Shown: piece by piece, positions 8,217 through 19,193 of the stretch
Numbering within the stretch: position 1 is the stretch's first letter
Layout of the letters: each line of letters starts with the position of its first letter
NCBI GenBank assembly: GCA_049650785.1
Contig: JBASAV010000593.1
Coordinates: 1 to 32,379 of the forward strand
Source: Lewinella sp.
GTDB lineage: Bacteria > Bacteroidota > Bacteroidia > Chitinophagales > Saprospiraceae
DNA: 32,379 nt
Reading direction: 5' to 3'
Made by a program: the position numbers and the translations under genes
The notes under the pieces: model-generated
What the model was told of the DNA's origin: nothing
What the model saw: only the letters and a program-made list of their open reading frames with translations
The model's database searches: none

Positions 8217-11200
8217 ATGAATCGACCCCCGCTTTCCAAGATTTTTGCCGAACGCATCCTGGTCCTGGATGGAGCCATGGGCAGCCTGATCCAGGGCTAC
8301 GGGCTCACCGAAGCGGACTACCGGCACGGATACCTGGAAGAGCACCCCAGCGACCTGAAGGGCAATCATGACCTCCTGGTCCTGACGCGGCCGGACGTGA
8401 TCGAGGAGATTCACAAGCACTACCTCGAAGCCGGAGCCGATCTGATCGAGACCAACACCTTCAGCGGCACGACCATCGCCCAGGAGGACTACGGTACGCA
8501 GCACCTGGTGTACGACCTGAACAAGGCGGCGGCCGAAGTGGCCCGCCGGGCGGCGGATGCCTTCTCCACCGATGACAAACCCCGCTACGTAGCCGGGGCG
8601 GTCGGTCCGACCAACAGAACGCTGAGCATCAGTCCGGACGTCAACGACCCCGGCTACCGGGCCATCACCTTCGAGCAACTGAGTGCGGCCTATAAGATCC
8701 AGATTGAAGGACTGACCGACGGCGGTGTCGACTGTATCCTCATCGAAACCATCTTCGACACGCTCAACGCCAAGGCAGCGCTTTTCGCCCTGCAGGAGGT
8801 ACGTGATGAGCGGGGCATCGAGCTGCCGGTCATCATTTCCGGAACGATCACCGATGCCAGCGGCCGGACGCTCTCGGGTCAGACGACGGAGGCCTTCTAT
8901 ATCTCCGTGGCTCACGCCAAGCCTTTATGCATCGGACTAAACTGTGCCCTTGGCGCGAAGGAAATGCGAACGCACCTGGCCTCCCTGGCTAAGATTGCGG
9001 AGTGTTACGTGCATGCCTACCCCAACGCGGGCTTACCCAACGAGATGGGCGAGTACGACCAGGACGCCGAAGAGATGCAGGAATATATCCGCGACTTTGC
9101 CGCGAGCGGATTAGTGAATATGATCGGAGGTTGCTGTGGTACGACTCCGGCCCACATTGCCGCTATGGCCCGGGCGGTGAAAGGCGTCTCGCCACGGAAG
9201 GTACCGAAGCCTGCTACCCAGACCCGACTGAGCGGGTTGGAGCCATTGATCATGCGCGAAGAAACTAACTTCGTGAATGTAGGGGAGCGCACCAATGTGA
9301 CCGGGTCCCGCAAATTCGCCCGTCTCATCAAAGACGGGGACTATCCTACTGCCCTCGATGTCGCCCGCGACCAGGTGGAAGGCGGCGCTCAGGTGATTGA
9401 CGTGAACATGGACGAGGGGCTGCTCGACAGCGAGGAGGCCATGAAAACGTTCCTGAACCTGGTGATGGCCGAACCGGATATTGCCAAGCTGCCCATCATG
9501 ATCGACTCCTCGAAATGGGTGGTGATCGAGGCCGGTCTACGCTGCGTACAGGGGAAATGCGTGGTCAACTCCATCAGCATGAAGGAGGGGGAAGCTGAAT
9601 TTCTGCGGCAGGCCCGCCTGGTAAAACGCTACGGAGCCGCCGCCGTGGTGATGGCTTTCGACGAAAAAGGGCAGGCCGACTCAATTGACCGCAAGGTGGA
9701 TATCTGCGTACGGGCTTATAAGTTGCTGACCGAACAGGCCAACTTCGATGCGCAGGATATTATTTTCGATCCCAATATCTTCGCCATTGCGACCGGCATC
9801 GACGAGCATAACAATTACGGTGTCGACTTCATCGAGGCGACCCGGCGGATCAAGGAACTTTGCCCGGGCGTGAAGATCAGTGGTGGCGTTTCCAATGTCA
9901 GTTTTTCCTTTCGCGGGAATAACCTGGTGCGGGAGGCCATGCACTCCGCTTTTCTTTACCACGCAATCCGCGCCGGCATGGACATGGGCATCGTAAACGC
10001 CGGCCTGATCGAGGTTTACGAAGACATTCCCAGGGACCTACTCGAACGGGTAGAAGATGTCATCCTCAACCGGCGCAACGACGCTACCGACCGCCTGATG
10101 GAATACGCCGAAGGCCTGAAGGACGTGGGCGGCCGTACGGTGCAGCGCGACCTCGGCTGGCGGGAAAGTACCGTCGAAGAGCGTCTGCGCCACAGTCTGG
10201 TGAAGGGGATTACGGAATACATCATCCCGGATACGGAAGAAGCGAGGGAAAAGTACCCCCGCCCCCTCCACGTCATCGAGGGTCCGCTGATGGACGGCAT
10301 GAACGTGGTGGGTGACCTTTTCGGATCGGGCAAGATGTTCCTGCCACAGGTAGTGAAGAGCGCCCGGGTGATGAAGCAGGCGGTGGCATACTTACAGCCC
10401 TATATCGAGGAGGAACGCCTGGAACTGGGGGGAGATGCGGATGCGGAAGAAACCCACAAGGGTAAGATTCTTCTAGCCACCGTAAAGGGCGATGTCCATG
10501 ACATCGGCAAGAATATCGTAGGCGTGGTACTGGCCTGTAACAACTACGCCATCTACGACCTGGGCGTCATGGTACCGGCCAATAAGATCCTGGACGAAGC
10601 AGAGCGATTAAAGGTGGACGTGATCGGCCTGTCCGGACTGATCACCCCTTCCCTGGACGAGATGGTGAACGTAGCCGCCGAGATGGAAAGGCGTGGCATC
10701 CATACGCCCCTGCTGATCGGTGGCGCCACGACGAGCAAAACACATACGGCGCTTAAGGTTGCTCCGGCCTACAGTGGCCCGACCGTCCACGTGCTCGATG
10801 CCAGCCGGGCAGTGACGGTAGTCAGTGAGTTACTAAATTCAGAGGATGCGGAACGCGAGCGGTATCGGAACAGCATCACCGAGGAATACGAACGCGTGCG
10901 CGTGCAACGGGCCAATAAGCAGTCCAACAAAAAGACGCTGTCCATCAAGGAAGCCCGCAAAAATCACCTGAAGCTGGATTGGGCGAATTATACCCCTCCG
11001 GTACCGACCTTCACGGGTAGCAAAGTGCTGCACGAATATCCGTTAGGCGAACTAGTCGACTTCATCGATTGGACGCCCTTCTTCAGTAGTTGGGGCCTGG
11101 CCGGGAAATTTCCGGAGATCCTGGAGGATGAAGTGGTTGGCGAGCAGGCGACCCAGTTGTATCGGGAGGCGCGCACTATGCTCGATAAGATTGTCAGCGA

Positions 11201-11900
11201 GCAGTGGCTCTCCGCGGAGGGAGTGATTGGATTTTGGCCAGCTAGCGGAGAAGTCAGCACCGACACTGTTCACGTACAAACGGAGGGTAAAGCCTACGAA
11301 CTATACCAATTACGCCAGCAGAGCAAGAAATCGGCCAGATTATCTAACCAGGCGCTCACGGATTACATTGCGCCGGCGAGTAGCGGCAAACAGGATTACA
11401 TCGGTGGGTTTGCCGTCACGGCAGGGATTGGTATCGAGGAGCACGTCAAACGGTTTGAGGAAGCCCACGATGACTACAGCGCGATCATGCTGAAAGCCCT
11501 CGCTGACCGACTTGCTGAAGCCTTCGCCGAGGCTCTTCACCGGCGGGTGCGACGGGAATACTGGGGATACGCGGCGGATGAGGGACTCGACAATGATGCC
11601 CTGATTGCCGAACAGTACCGGGGCATTCGTCCTGCACCAGGATATCCCGCCTGCCCGGAGCACACGGAAAAACAAAAGCTTTGGGAGCTGCTCGACGTGG
11701 AGAAAGCTATCGGCATCCAGCTTACCGAAAGCTTTGCCATGTACCCTACGTCCAGCGTGAGCGGCTGGTATTACAGCCACCCGGAAGCCAAATATTTTAC
11801 TGTTCGCGGCATCCAATCGGATCAGGAGCAAGACTACGCCCGGCGTAAGGGCTGGGATCCCGTCACCGCGCAGAAGTGGCTGGCCCCCATCAGGGGTTAA
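8217..11900 (+). CDS. metH: Cobalamin-dependent methionine synthase, single polypeptide
   Basis: LDGAMG, GLNCALG, GGCCG (Zn/homocysteine domain); GERTNVTGS (pterin domain); DVHDIG (B12 motif); [10 protein letters not shown] (activation domain). Start at the ATG at 8217. Confidence 0.98.
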   Translation: MNRPPLSKIFAERILVLDGAMGSLIQGYGLTEADYRHGYLEEHPSDLKGNHDLLVLTRPDVIEEIHKHYLEAGADLIETNTFSGTTIAQEDYGTQHLVYDLNKAAAEVARRAADAFSTDDKPRYVAGAVGPTNRTLSISPDVNDPGYRAITFEQLSAAYKIQIEGLTDGGVDCILIETIFDTLNAKAALFALQEVRDERGIELPVIISGTITDASGRTLSGQTTEAFYISVAHAKPLCIGLNCALGAKEMRTHLASLAKIAECYVHAYPNAGLPNEMGEYDQDAEEMQEYIRDFAASGLVNMIGGCCGTTPAHIAAMARAVKGVSPRKVPKPATQTRLSGLEPLIMREETNFVNVGERTNVTGSRKFARLIKDGDYPTALDVARDQVEGGAQVIDVNMDEGLLDSEEAMKTFLNLVMAEPDIAKLPIMIDSSKWVVIEAGLRCVQGKCVVNSISMKEGEAEFLRQARLVKRYGAAAVVMAFDEKGQADSIDRKVDICVRAYKLLTEQANFDAQDIIFDPNIFAIATGIDEHNNYGVDFIEATRRIKELCPGVKISGGVSNVSFSFRGNNLVREAMHSAFLYHAIRAGMDMGIVNAGLIEVYEDIPRDLLERVEDVILNRRNDATDRLMEYAEGLKDVGGRTVQRDLGWRESTVEERLRHSLVKGITEYIIPDTEEAREKYPRPLHVIEGPLMDGMNVVGDLFGSGKMFLPQVVKSARVMKQAVAYLQPYIEEERLELGGDADAEETHKGKILLATVKGDVHDIGKNIVGVVLACNNYAIYDLGVMVPANKILDEAERLKVDVIGLSGLITPSLDEMVNVAAEMERRGIHTPLLIGGATTSKTHTALKVAPAYSGPTVHVLDASRAVTVVSELLNSEDAERERYRNSITEEYERVRVQRANKQSNKKTLSIKEARKNHLKLDWANYTPPVPTFTGSKVLHEYPLGELVDFIDWTPFFSSWGLAGKFPEILEDEVVGEQATQLYREARTMLDKIVSEQWLSAEGVIGFWPASGEVSTDTVHVQTEGKAYELYQLRQQSKKSARLSNQALTDYIAPASSGKQDYIGGFAVTAGIGIEEHVKRFEEAHDDYSAIMLKALADRLAEAFAEALHRRVRREYWGYAADEGLDNDALIAEQYRGIRPAPGYPACPEHTEKQKLWELLDVEKAIGIQLTESFAMYPTSSVSGWYYSHPEAKYFTVRGIQSDQEQDYARRKGWDPVTAQKWLAPIRG

Positions 11901-11978
11901 CTTACCGTTAATCCTGGGGGTGTCGCACAATAACCGCTAAAAAGGCTTTACCTTAGGGAGGCTCTGAATACCGACCTA

Positions 11979-13121
11979 ATGTCAAGATTCGCTTTACTGC
12001 TGCTTATGCTGCTGGGTGCTGCACTCCCCGCACAACAGATCATTCTGAACAACGAGTATTTCCCGGAAGCAGGAGACACGCTCAAGTACAACGTAGCCGC
12101 CGATGGCTTCGTCATTGATCTGCTGGGACCCGGTGAAAACGTCAACTGGAATTTTGGGGAGTTGGCGGTGGACCGGGAAATCGATCGCCCGGTTATTTCG
12201 GCGGTAGATGATCCGGTCTTTACCGACGCCGATATTTTCATGGATATTGACGCCAATACGGTTGGCTATTACCGCGTCAATGCTACTTCCGTCGATCTGA
12301 TCGGTCTGCGGGGCAAGACGCCGCTTCTCGATCAGTTTATGGTCGAGGCCCCGTTAAATCCGAGCCGTCCCGACCGTCGGGCCCCTTTGTCGTACGGTGA
12401 TGCATTCGATATAACAACTTCAAATCGAATCGTAGTCTCACCCGACAGCCTCCCTCAGGAAGCGCTCGATGAGCTCGGAAGCCTAATTACCGAGGTAGAC
12501 AGTATTCGTCTTACGACGACCAGCGTTCGGCAGGACATTATCGATGCCGCCGGTACGCTGACCATCAACAATCAGACGTACGATGTAATCCGTGAAAAAC
12601 GTACGGAGATATTGGCTACCACCGTTGAAGTTAAGACGGGAATATTCGGCTATATTGACATTACGTCTAATCTGCGTAGCCTTTTCCCGGAGTACCAGGA
12701 TTTCATCGGTCCGCAGCCACTGGTTACCACCTTCTACTTCTGGTCTCCCGGCGAAAAGGAGGCCATCGCCACTGTTACGCAAGATAGTGACGGTACCTAC
12801 TCCCAGCTCACCTACAAGCGGGGTGACGCCATTAACTCCACTGGCGGACCCTACCTGCGACAGGCGGATATCAACGTGTATCCTAATCCGGCGCACGGAC
12901 AGACCTTCTTTGAGGTCAACGGTCTAGACGCAGGTGATTACACGATAAGCGTATTAAATGTACTTGGCCGAAAGGTGGCGGATACGCGCTTCTCGCCCAT
13001 TGCCGGTGAAGCAAAAGTGCCACTCGATCTGGGTAAGCTTCCGCGGGGTACTTACCTGTACAGCCTGACCAACGAGCGCGGTCGGATACTCACTACTCGC
13101 AGACTAATGGTTGGCGGTTAG
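11979..13121 (+). CDS. Secreted T9SS type A CTD protein, function unknown
   Basis: Signal peptide ending LPA|QQ; C-terminal VYPNPA...LNVLGR...LPRGTYLY. Confidence 0.88.
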   Translation: MSRFALLLLMLLGAALPAQQIILNNEYFPEAGDTLKYNVAADGFVIDLLGPGENVNWNFGELAVDREIDRPVISAVDDPVFTDADIFMDIDANTVGYYRVNATSVDLIGLRGKTPLLDQFMVEAPLNPSRPDRRAPLSYGDAFDITTSNRIVVSPDSLPQEALDELGSLITEVDSIRLTTTSVRQDIIDAAGTLTINNQTYDVIREKRTEILATTVEVKTGIFGYIDITSNLRSLFPEYQDFIGPQPLVTTFYFWSPGEKEAIATVTQDSDGTYSQLTYKRGDAINSTGGPYLRQADINVYPNPAHGQTFFEVNGLDAGDYTISVLNVLGRKVADTRFSPIAGEAKVPLDLGKLPRGTYLYSLTNERGRILTTRRLMVGG

Positions 13122-13877
13122 ATCGCGACGTAGCTCCCGGATTTCCTCCGTCAGAGCATCCACTTTCCTTTCCAGATCCCGGTTATTATCCATCGTCATT
13201 TCGTCTACGAAGATGGCATTGGCCAGTCCTATGCCGAAGATGCCTCCCAAGAGTACGACCGTCCCAAAATAGAGCCGCGTCATGCCCACCCGTAGCGGAG
13301 AAGCACTATTTGGTGTAATGGCATTCGGGATGTCGTTCCACCCTTCCAGGGTAAACATTTGGAAGATGCTGTAGAAGCTCACCAGCGGATCACCGAAGTA
13401 CTGGGGAGCCGTATCGGCGTAAAAGTGGCAGGTGACCATGGCGAAGAGAAGATTCAGGAAAAACAGCGCCCCCAGTACCAGTACGGAGGACTTCATAGCA
13501 CGCCCCAGCCCCTGCATAACCTGCTCCACGTTGGGGATAAACCGGAGGAACCGCACCAGGCGTACGAGACGGAATAGCCGCAATAATATCAGGATAGTTG
13601 TATCGGGTACGTCGAAGAAGGCCAAGAAGAGGACGGGTAAGGAGCCCACAATGACGAAGAAGTCAAACTGGTTCCAGGAGTTAGCAAAGTAGCCCTTCGG
13701 TTTGAGCACCGACAACTTGACTACGACTTCGAGAACGAAAAATAGGATGAAGAAATAATCCAGACCCAACAGCCAGAAATTGTCATGCTGGCTCGGGAAA
13801 TACAGCGCAAAGATCACAATAGCGTTCAGGAGGACGGCAAACAGGATAAGCCGTTCGTTGAAAAATAGTCGTTTCAC
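13104..13877 (-). CDS. Prokaryotic voltage-gated cation channel (BacNav/AnclNav-like ion transporter)
   Basis: WNQFDF in S3; S4 RLFRLVRLVRFLR; pore FQMFTLEGWND; C-terminal coiled coil. GTG start at 13877 is preferred. Confidence 0.9.
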   Translation of the reverse strand: MKRLFFNERLILFAVLLNAIVIFALYFPSQHDNFWLLGLDYFFILFFVLEVVVKLSVLKPKGYFANSWNQFDFFVIVGSLPVLFLAFFDVPDTTILILLRLFRLVRLVRFLRFIPNVEQVMQGLGRAMKSSVLVLGALFFLNLLFAMVTCHFYADTAPQYFGDPLVSFYSIFQMFTLEGWNDIPNAITPNSASPLRVGMTRLYFGTVVLLGGIFGIGLANAIFVDEMTMDNNRDLERKVDALTEEIRELRRDLTANH

Positions 13878-13939
13878 GGTGGTGGTTCTTGTCTGCCAAA
13901 TTACCGTCTTCCGCGGGTTGCCCACCGTATATTGGACGA

Positions 13940-14749
13940 ATGGATTCGATCACGCAGTACTTTGAAACGATACCCAGCAGTCACCGGACCCTTATCCTCG
14001 TAGGTGGACTAACCATTTTCTGGTTATTTGAGAGCGCCGTTCCCCTCTTCACGGCCGAGTACAAAAAGTGGCGGCACGCGGGCATCAACTTTTTCTTTAC
14101 GGTCACTACCATCGTCGTCAACTTTGTTCTGGCGTTCGTCCTCGTGAAGGGCAGCCAGTGGGCGGTAGAAACGGAATTCGGGCTGCTGCAGTGGATCGAC
14201 CTGCCGGTGTGGGCTATGGCGATCGGTGGCTTACTGTTACTGGACCTGTTTGGGGCTTACCTGGCCCACTGGACCGAACACCGGGTTCCCCTTTTTTGGC
14301 GCTTCCATCTCATTCACCACACCGATCAAAACGTCGACACCACCACCGCCAACCGTCATCACCCGGGGGAGAGCGTCATCCGCTTCGCCTTTACCACGGC
14401 GGCAGTGATCCTGCTCGGCGCACCCATTTGGTTGGTCTTCCTGTATCAGAGCATGAGCGTGATCCTGAGCCAATTCAATCATGCCAATATTACCGTCCCG
14501 GAATGGCTGGACAAAGCCCTGCGGACCGTATTCGTCACACCCGATATGCACCGGGTCCATCACCACTACGTACTGCCCTATACCGACAGCAACTACGGCA
14601 ACATCTTCAGCGTCTGGGATCGGCTATTCGGCACCTATATGGTCATGGATAATCGGGATTTGCGCTATGGGGTCGATACGCATATGGAGGAACCCGACCA
14701 TCAGAACTTGTGGCGGATGCTGGGGATTCCTTTTGAGCGTCGGAAGTAG
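13940..14749 (+). CDS. Sterol desaturase / fatty acid hydroxylase family protein
   Basis: His boxes HWTEH, HLIHH, HRVHH; NYGNIFSVWDRLFGTY. Start at the ATG at 13940. Confidence 0.92.
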   Translation: MDSITQYFETIPSSHRTLILVGGLTIFWLFESAVPLFTAEYKKWRHAGINFFFTVTTIVVNFVLAFVLVKGSQWAVETEFGLLQWIDLPVWAMAIGGLLLLDLFGAYLAHWTEHRVPLFWRFHLIHHTDQNVDTTTANRHHPGESVIRFAFTTAAVILLGAPIWLVFLYQSMSVILSQFNHANITVPEWLDKALRTVFVTPDMHRVHHHYVLPYTDSNYGNIFSVWDRLFGTYMVMDNRDLRYGVDTHMEEPDHQNLWRMLGIPFERRK

Positions 14750-14829
14750 CGTGTGGGATACGCATGCGAGCGAAGCAAGCGGCAAGTCTAAACGACTAAA
14801 GAACTGAAAGACTAATTTAATTACTAACT

Positions 14830-16239
14830 CTACCGGGCCACTTTACCCGTACGTAAGTAAACCATCTTCCCGCCCTTCTCGCTGACGTACCGCTGGATAA
14901 TGCGTGCCGTATCCGGATAGGTTACGCAGCGCTTGACACTATCGATCGCCGTGGCCAGGTCGTGGCTACGCTCCTTGTCGATGAAGCCGAAGCCCTGGTA
15001 CTTTCCTTCCTCCACCAGAATGACGGAGGCTTCGTCGTGGCTACGCCCCTGGTCAAAGAGGAGAAAATCCTCGTCGAAGACGTTTCGCAGGTGGAGCCGG
15101 GCTTCCTCCGCGCGTTCGTTGTATGCCTCGGGAGCCTCTTCTCCGGCACAGCCGCCGCGGCACTGCTTAAGGTGATAGTGAAAGCAGGCGGATTTACTGG
15201 GGTAGATGTGTGTAAAGGCGCTGCAGAGTTCCAGGTGCTTGCGCACAAAGTTCAGTCGACCCTTAGCCCGACTGATGGATGGGTATTCACTGATAATGTC
15301 CAGTTCCTTCCTGGCCTGGGCGCTATTCCGGACCACATCGAAGCAGCGGAAGCCGCGCTCATTGACGTAGCTGTGAATGGCGTGGCTGAAGCGTTTTCCC
15401 CGCTGGGCCCGATTAATGCGTGGCTGGAGGCGTTTGATCTCTTCACTTTCCAGTAGCAGGGCTACTAGCTCGCTGCCGGTGATCTCGTAAGTGATGTCCG
15501 CGACCTTCTCGGCGATCCGGCTACCCTTCGTGGTGTGATCGTTGAAGTGCTGCGCGATGCGCTTGCGGATATTGGTACTCTTACCTACGTAGACGACATC
15601 CCCCTTAGCATCGTGGAAGTAGTAGACGCCGGTATCTTCCGGGATCTCCATGATCTGCTCGAGCTTGATCTGTTTCGGCAGGCGGGTTTCCTTGATGCCG
15701 TGATTGATCAGTCGGGTAGCTTCTTTGGCACAGTCTTCACCGGCCAGACAGCGTTCGAGCAACTCCGTGGTGGCCACAGCGTCGGCAAGCGCCCGGTGGC
15801 GCGCGTCTACCTCAAAGCCGAAGTGTTTGATCAGATTGCCAAGGCTGTAGCTCTTGAGACCGGGGAAGCATTTGCGGGCCAGGCGGACGGTGCAGAGCTT
15901 TCGCCGGGAGAAGGTATACCCGAGACGACCAAATTCCGCCCGCAGGAAGCCGTAGTCGAATTTGGCGTTATGCGCTACGAATATCCGCCCGTCCGTCAGT
16001 TCGACGATTCTCTTAGCGACTTCATAAAATTTAGGCTTACCGGCCACCATCTCCTGGGTGATACCCGTTAGCTCTACGATGCCGGCGGGGATGTACTGCT
16101 CCGGATCCAGTAAGGTCTCGTACGTTTCCGTTACCTTTTCGCCGTCGTATATGACAATACCGATCTCGGTAATCCGCGACCGGGAGGCACGTCCTCCGGT
16201 GGTTTCGATGTCAACGATCGCGTATTCTCTCTTACTCAT
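14830..16239 (-). CDS. DEDDh exonuclease (Pol III epsilon-like) fused to a UvrC/Cho-like GIY-YIG nuclease
   Basis: VDIETTG, AHNAKFD, HRALADA; GVYYFHD...YVGKS. Start at the ATG at 16239. Confidence 0.92.
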   Translation of the reverse strand: MSKREYAIVDIETTGGRASRSRITEIGIVIYDGEKVTETYETLLDPEQYIPAGIVELTGITQEMVAGKPKFYEVAKRIVELTDGRIFVAHNAKFDYGFLRAEFGRLGYTFSRRKLCTVRLARKCFPGLKSYSLGNLIKHFGFEVDARHRALADAVATTELLERCLAGEDCAKEATRLINHGIKETRLPKQIKLEQIMEIPEDTGVYYFHDAKGDVVYVGKSTNIRKRIAQHFNDHTTKGSRIAEKVADITYEITGSELVALLLESEEIKRLQPRINRAQRGKRFSHAIHSYVNERGFRCFDVVRNSAQARKELDIISEYPSISRAKGRLNFVRKHLELCSAFTHIYPSKSACFHYHLKQCRGGCAGEEAPEAYNERAEEARLHLRNVFDEDFLLFDQGRSHDEASVILVEEGKYQGFGFIDKERSHDLATAIDSVKRCVTYPDTARIIQRYVSEKGGKMVYLRTGKVAR

Positions 16240-16275
16240 AGCTCCGTCGCCTTCGGCGGTCATTAATGCACTGGA

Positions 16276-17538
16276 ATGGCCAAGGTATATCTAATTATTT
16301 GTTTTGCCTTCCTGCTTACCGCAAATTGTTTTAAATCGGGAGGAGACCCCGGTGCCACGCAAGTGAGCACGCCCCCGGCGGATGTAGCGACGCAAACTGA
16401 AGCTGGCCAGGGTTTTCCGACCGCGCTACCTCCTGCGCCCGCCGCCCAAAACCCGGCCGCCTATCTCCCCTTACTGCAGGGCAAAAGGCTCGGCTTAGTC
16501 GTTAATCAGACATCGACGGTCGGCGCAACGCATCTTGTGGATACCCTGCTAGCCCTCGGACAGGAAGTGCAAATCATATTTGCGCCCGAGCACGGCTTCC
16601 GGGGAGACGCTGACGCCGGCGCACAAATCGCGGACGGTACCGATACCCGCACCGGCCTGGCTATTAAGTCGCTGTACGGCAGCAATAAGAAGCCTTCCGC
16701 CCAAGATCTGGCCAATGTGGATCTGATCGTCTTTGACATCCAGGATGTAGGTGCTCGATTCTACACTTACATTTCTACGCTTCATTACGTAATGGAATCG
16801 GCCGCCCGCTACGGTAAACCCGTAGTGATCCTCGACCGCCCGAACCCAAACGGGCATTATATAGATGGTCCCATACGGAAACCGGGCTTTGAAAGCTTCG
16901 TTGGCCTGGATCCCATTCCGGTTGTGCACGGCCTCACCGTTGGCGAATACGGCCAGATGGTCAACGGAGAGGGATGGCTCGGAGAGGGTCTGCTATGCGA
17001 TTTGACGGTCGTACCCTGTGAAAACTATCGCCACGACAGCGTCTACGAACTTCCCGTGGCCCCCTCCCCCAACCTACCTAACCAGCGGAGCATTTACCTC
17101 TATCCCAGCCTGTGTTTCTTCGAGGGAACGGCGCTGAGTGTGGGCCGCGGTACCGATAAGCAATTTCAGATCTACGGTCACCCGGAGTTGGAAGGCCCCT
17201 TTACCTTTACCCCGGCCCCCGGACCCGGGGCAGCGAACCCCAAGCTCAACGGCGAAACCTGCCACGGTTTCGATCTCACCGAAGAGACGGCAGATACCTG
17301 GAGACAAAATCAACTTGACTTAAGGCCCCTGCTCGATACCTACCAGCAACTAACAGACGACGGTGTAGACTTCTTCACGCGCGCTGATTTCTTTGATCTG
17401 CTGGCGGGCACCGATGCATTACGGGAGATGATCGTAGCCGGTGCCTCGGAGTCGGAAATCCGGGATAGCTGGGCGGAGGAGCTGGCGGCTTACCGGACCA
17501 TGCGGGGAGATTATCTGCTCTATCCAGACAGTGAATAA
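16276..17538 (+). CDS. namZ: Exo-beta-N-acetylmuramidase NamZ family (DUF1343), probable lipoprotein
   Basis: FAPEHGFRG, SLYG, FDIQDVGARFYTY, LDRPNP, PSPNLP, SVGRGT; lipobox-like LTANC. Confidence 0.9.
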   Translation: MAKVYLIICFAFLLTANCFKSGGDPGATQVSTPPADVATQTEAGQGFPTALPPAPAAQNPAAYLPLLQGKRLGLVVNQTSTVGATHLVDTLLALGQEVQIIFAPEHGFRGDADAGAQIADGTDTRTGLAIKSLYGSNKKPSAQDLANVDLIVFDIQDVGARFYTYISTLHYVMESAARYGKPVVILDRPNPNGHYIDGPIRKPGFESFVGLDPIPVVHGLTVGEYGQMVNGEGWLGEGLLCDLTVVPCENYRHDSVYELPVAPSPNLPNQRSIYLYPSLCFFEGTALSVGRGTDKQFQIYGHPELEGPFTFTPAPGPGAANPKLNGETCHGFDLTEETADTWRQNQLDLRPLLDTYQQLTDDGVDFFTRADFFDLLAGTDALREMIVAGASESEIRDSWAEELAAYRTMRGDYLLYPDSE

Positions 17539-17637
17539 GGGATTTTTGGTGATCCCAAGGCTACAAACGGTGCGTATTGGAATTATATCGTGCCGGAGCT
17601 CCCTCAGGCAACACTCGGCTACTGAGCCGACTTCCAT

Positions 17638-17742
17638 GTTAACTGTAGGTTAACTTTTCGACGGTCGCCGGTAATCTAACTGGTCGGACGACTAGTCGTC
17701 CGACCAGTAGCGGTCGCGCCACTACCCGTCCGACCAGTAGCC
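17638..17742 (+). repeat. Dispersed intergenic palindromic element, copy 2
   Basis: GTTAACTGTAGGTTAAC, then the 30-bp palindrome ACTGGTCGGACGACTAGTCGTCCGACCAGT (17679-17708); direct repeat GTCCGACCAGTAGC at 17698 and 17728. Confidence 0.9.
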
Positions 17743-17819
17743 CCATTGGCCAGCCCGCACCCGCATCGTACCTTCACACCAGCGCTACCGCCATCGTTGT
17801 CGGTACGCAATCCCCCCGA

Positions 17820-18803
17820 ATGAACCGTCAAGCCATCCTGGCTACCGTGGCCGATGTCCTGCTGGATGCTGCCACGCCCCCCACCCTGCTCCACGATACC
17901 CTGGAAACCTACCGGGACCTGCTGCTGACCGTATCCGGGCTGGACCTGGGCGACGAGGAAAGCCTTAGCCCCCGCCACACCGGTCAGGGTGTAGCCATCG
18001 GCGCTACTTGGGCCGCACTTTGTATTGACGATGAGTTTCGGACCCACCGCTTTATTACTGGTCTCTACCAGGCCATCACCGACCGCCTGGAGCGATATCC
18101 GGGGCCCGTCCATGTGCTGTACGCCGGATGCGGTCCGTTTGCCACCCTGGCCCTGCCGCTGATGACACGCTTCCGTGCCGATCAGCTTCAGTTTACCCTG
18201 CTGGAAATCAACGAAGTAAGCTATTCGGCGGTACGCACCCTCCTGCGCAACCTCGGCTTGAACGAATATGTGAAGTCCGTACAGCAGACGGACGCTTCCA
18301 GCTATCGGATAGCGGATGCTGCCTCGATCGGCATACTGCTGACCGAGACCATGCAGTACAGCCTGGTCGACGAGATGCAGGTACCCATTTGTCTCAATCT
18401 TCTTCCTCAGCTACCCGCCGATGCCCTACTCATCCCGGAGCGGATCGAACTGCGGCTGGGGCGTATGGAGGATGCGAAAGCTACTTTCCTTGCGGAGGAT
18501 CTCGGGCATTTACTTACCATTGATCGGGCGCGGCTATTGGCGTACGTGCGTACGGAAGAATCTACCGACTTCCCCACCGTGCGCTTGCCTATCCCGGCCG
18601 CCGGCGGATTACTGGCCATCCGGACAACCATCACTATTTACGGCAGTCACCAACTGCTGGACTACGAAAGCGGATTGACCAATCCGGAAGTTATCGGCCT
18701 TTTTCCGGATGCGGAAGGCGTGCCGGAATACATCGATTTTACCTATCAGATGGAGCCATCTCCTTACCTGCGGCTCGCTTATCCCGTCGCAGCCGCCAGT
18801 TGA
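17820..18803 (+). CDS. Class I SAM-dependent methyltransferase with PRMT-like signature motifs
   Basis: Motif I VLYAGCGP; post-I LLEIN; DEFRT; LLTETMQYSLVDE (E-x8-E); LLIPE. Confidence 0.8.
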   Translation: MNRQAILATVADVLLDAATPPTLLHDTLETYRDLLLTVSGLDLGDEESLSPRHTGQGVAIGATWAALCIDDEFRTHRFITGLYQAITDRLERYPGPVHVLYAGCGPFATLALPLMTRFRADQLQFTLLEINEVSYSAVRTLLRNLGLNEYVKSVQQTDASSYRIADAASIGILLTETMQYSLVDEMQVPICLNLLPQLPADALLIPERIELRLGRMEDAKATFLAEDLGHLLTIDRARLLAYVRTEESTDFPTVRLPIPAAGGLLAIRTTITIYGSHQLLDYESGLTNPEVIGLFPDAEGVPEYIDFTYQMEPSPYLRLAYPVAAAS

Positions 18804-19125
18804 GCGCGAAAGATGCGACAAGGCAAATGATGCTTAACACGCTGAAGTAACCGGGAAGCTGATAATCATCTCCACCGAGCGGCAGGAGCACCACCCCGGC
18901 CACGAGTAATATGTGAACTAGGTTCTCCCGCCGGGACACAGCGGACTCGCCGGCGAGGTTGAGCCGCATCAGTACACCGGAGACGGCAACCAGTAATAAG
19001 ATGACAAAAGGTTGCCACGTCACCGAGCCGGCAGGCCAGGGCCACCACGAAAGGGCAAGGGCCGCGACGGCAAATACGCCAGCCGTCCAGTACATCATGC
19101 CACGGGGAGGTTTCACATCTTTCAT
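18739..19125 (-). CDS. Hypothetical 4-TM membrane protein
   Basis: Four hydrophobic segments; ATG at 19125 preferred; the 3' end overlaps the convergent methyltransferase gene by 65 bp. Confidence 0.6.
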   Translation of the reverse strand: MKDVKPPRGMMYWTAGVFAVAALALSWWPWPAGSVTWQPFVILLLVAVSGVLMRLNLAGESAVSRRENLVHILLVAGVVLLPLGGDDYQLPGYFSVLSIICLVASFALNWRLRRDKRAAGKEMAPSDR

Positions 19126-19193
19126 TACTGTCGAGTTGGTGAGGTTGCCATTATCTAAGTGAAAATAGGGAGCCACGTAGGGTAGCCTCCCGT

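Noticed and set aside
14750..14829. GCGAGCGAAGCAAGC and ACTAAAGA-like repeats between convergent genes
   Set aside because: Short and degenerate; cannot be told apart from low-complexity spacer.
17538..17630. Hairpins after namZ (GGGAT/ATCCC, TCGGCT/AGCCGA) as terminators
   Set aside because: Short stems without a convincing U-tract.
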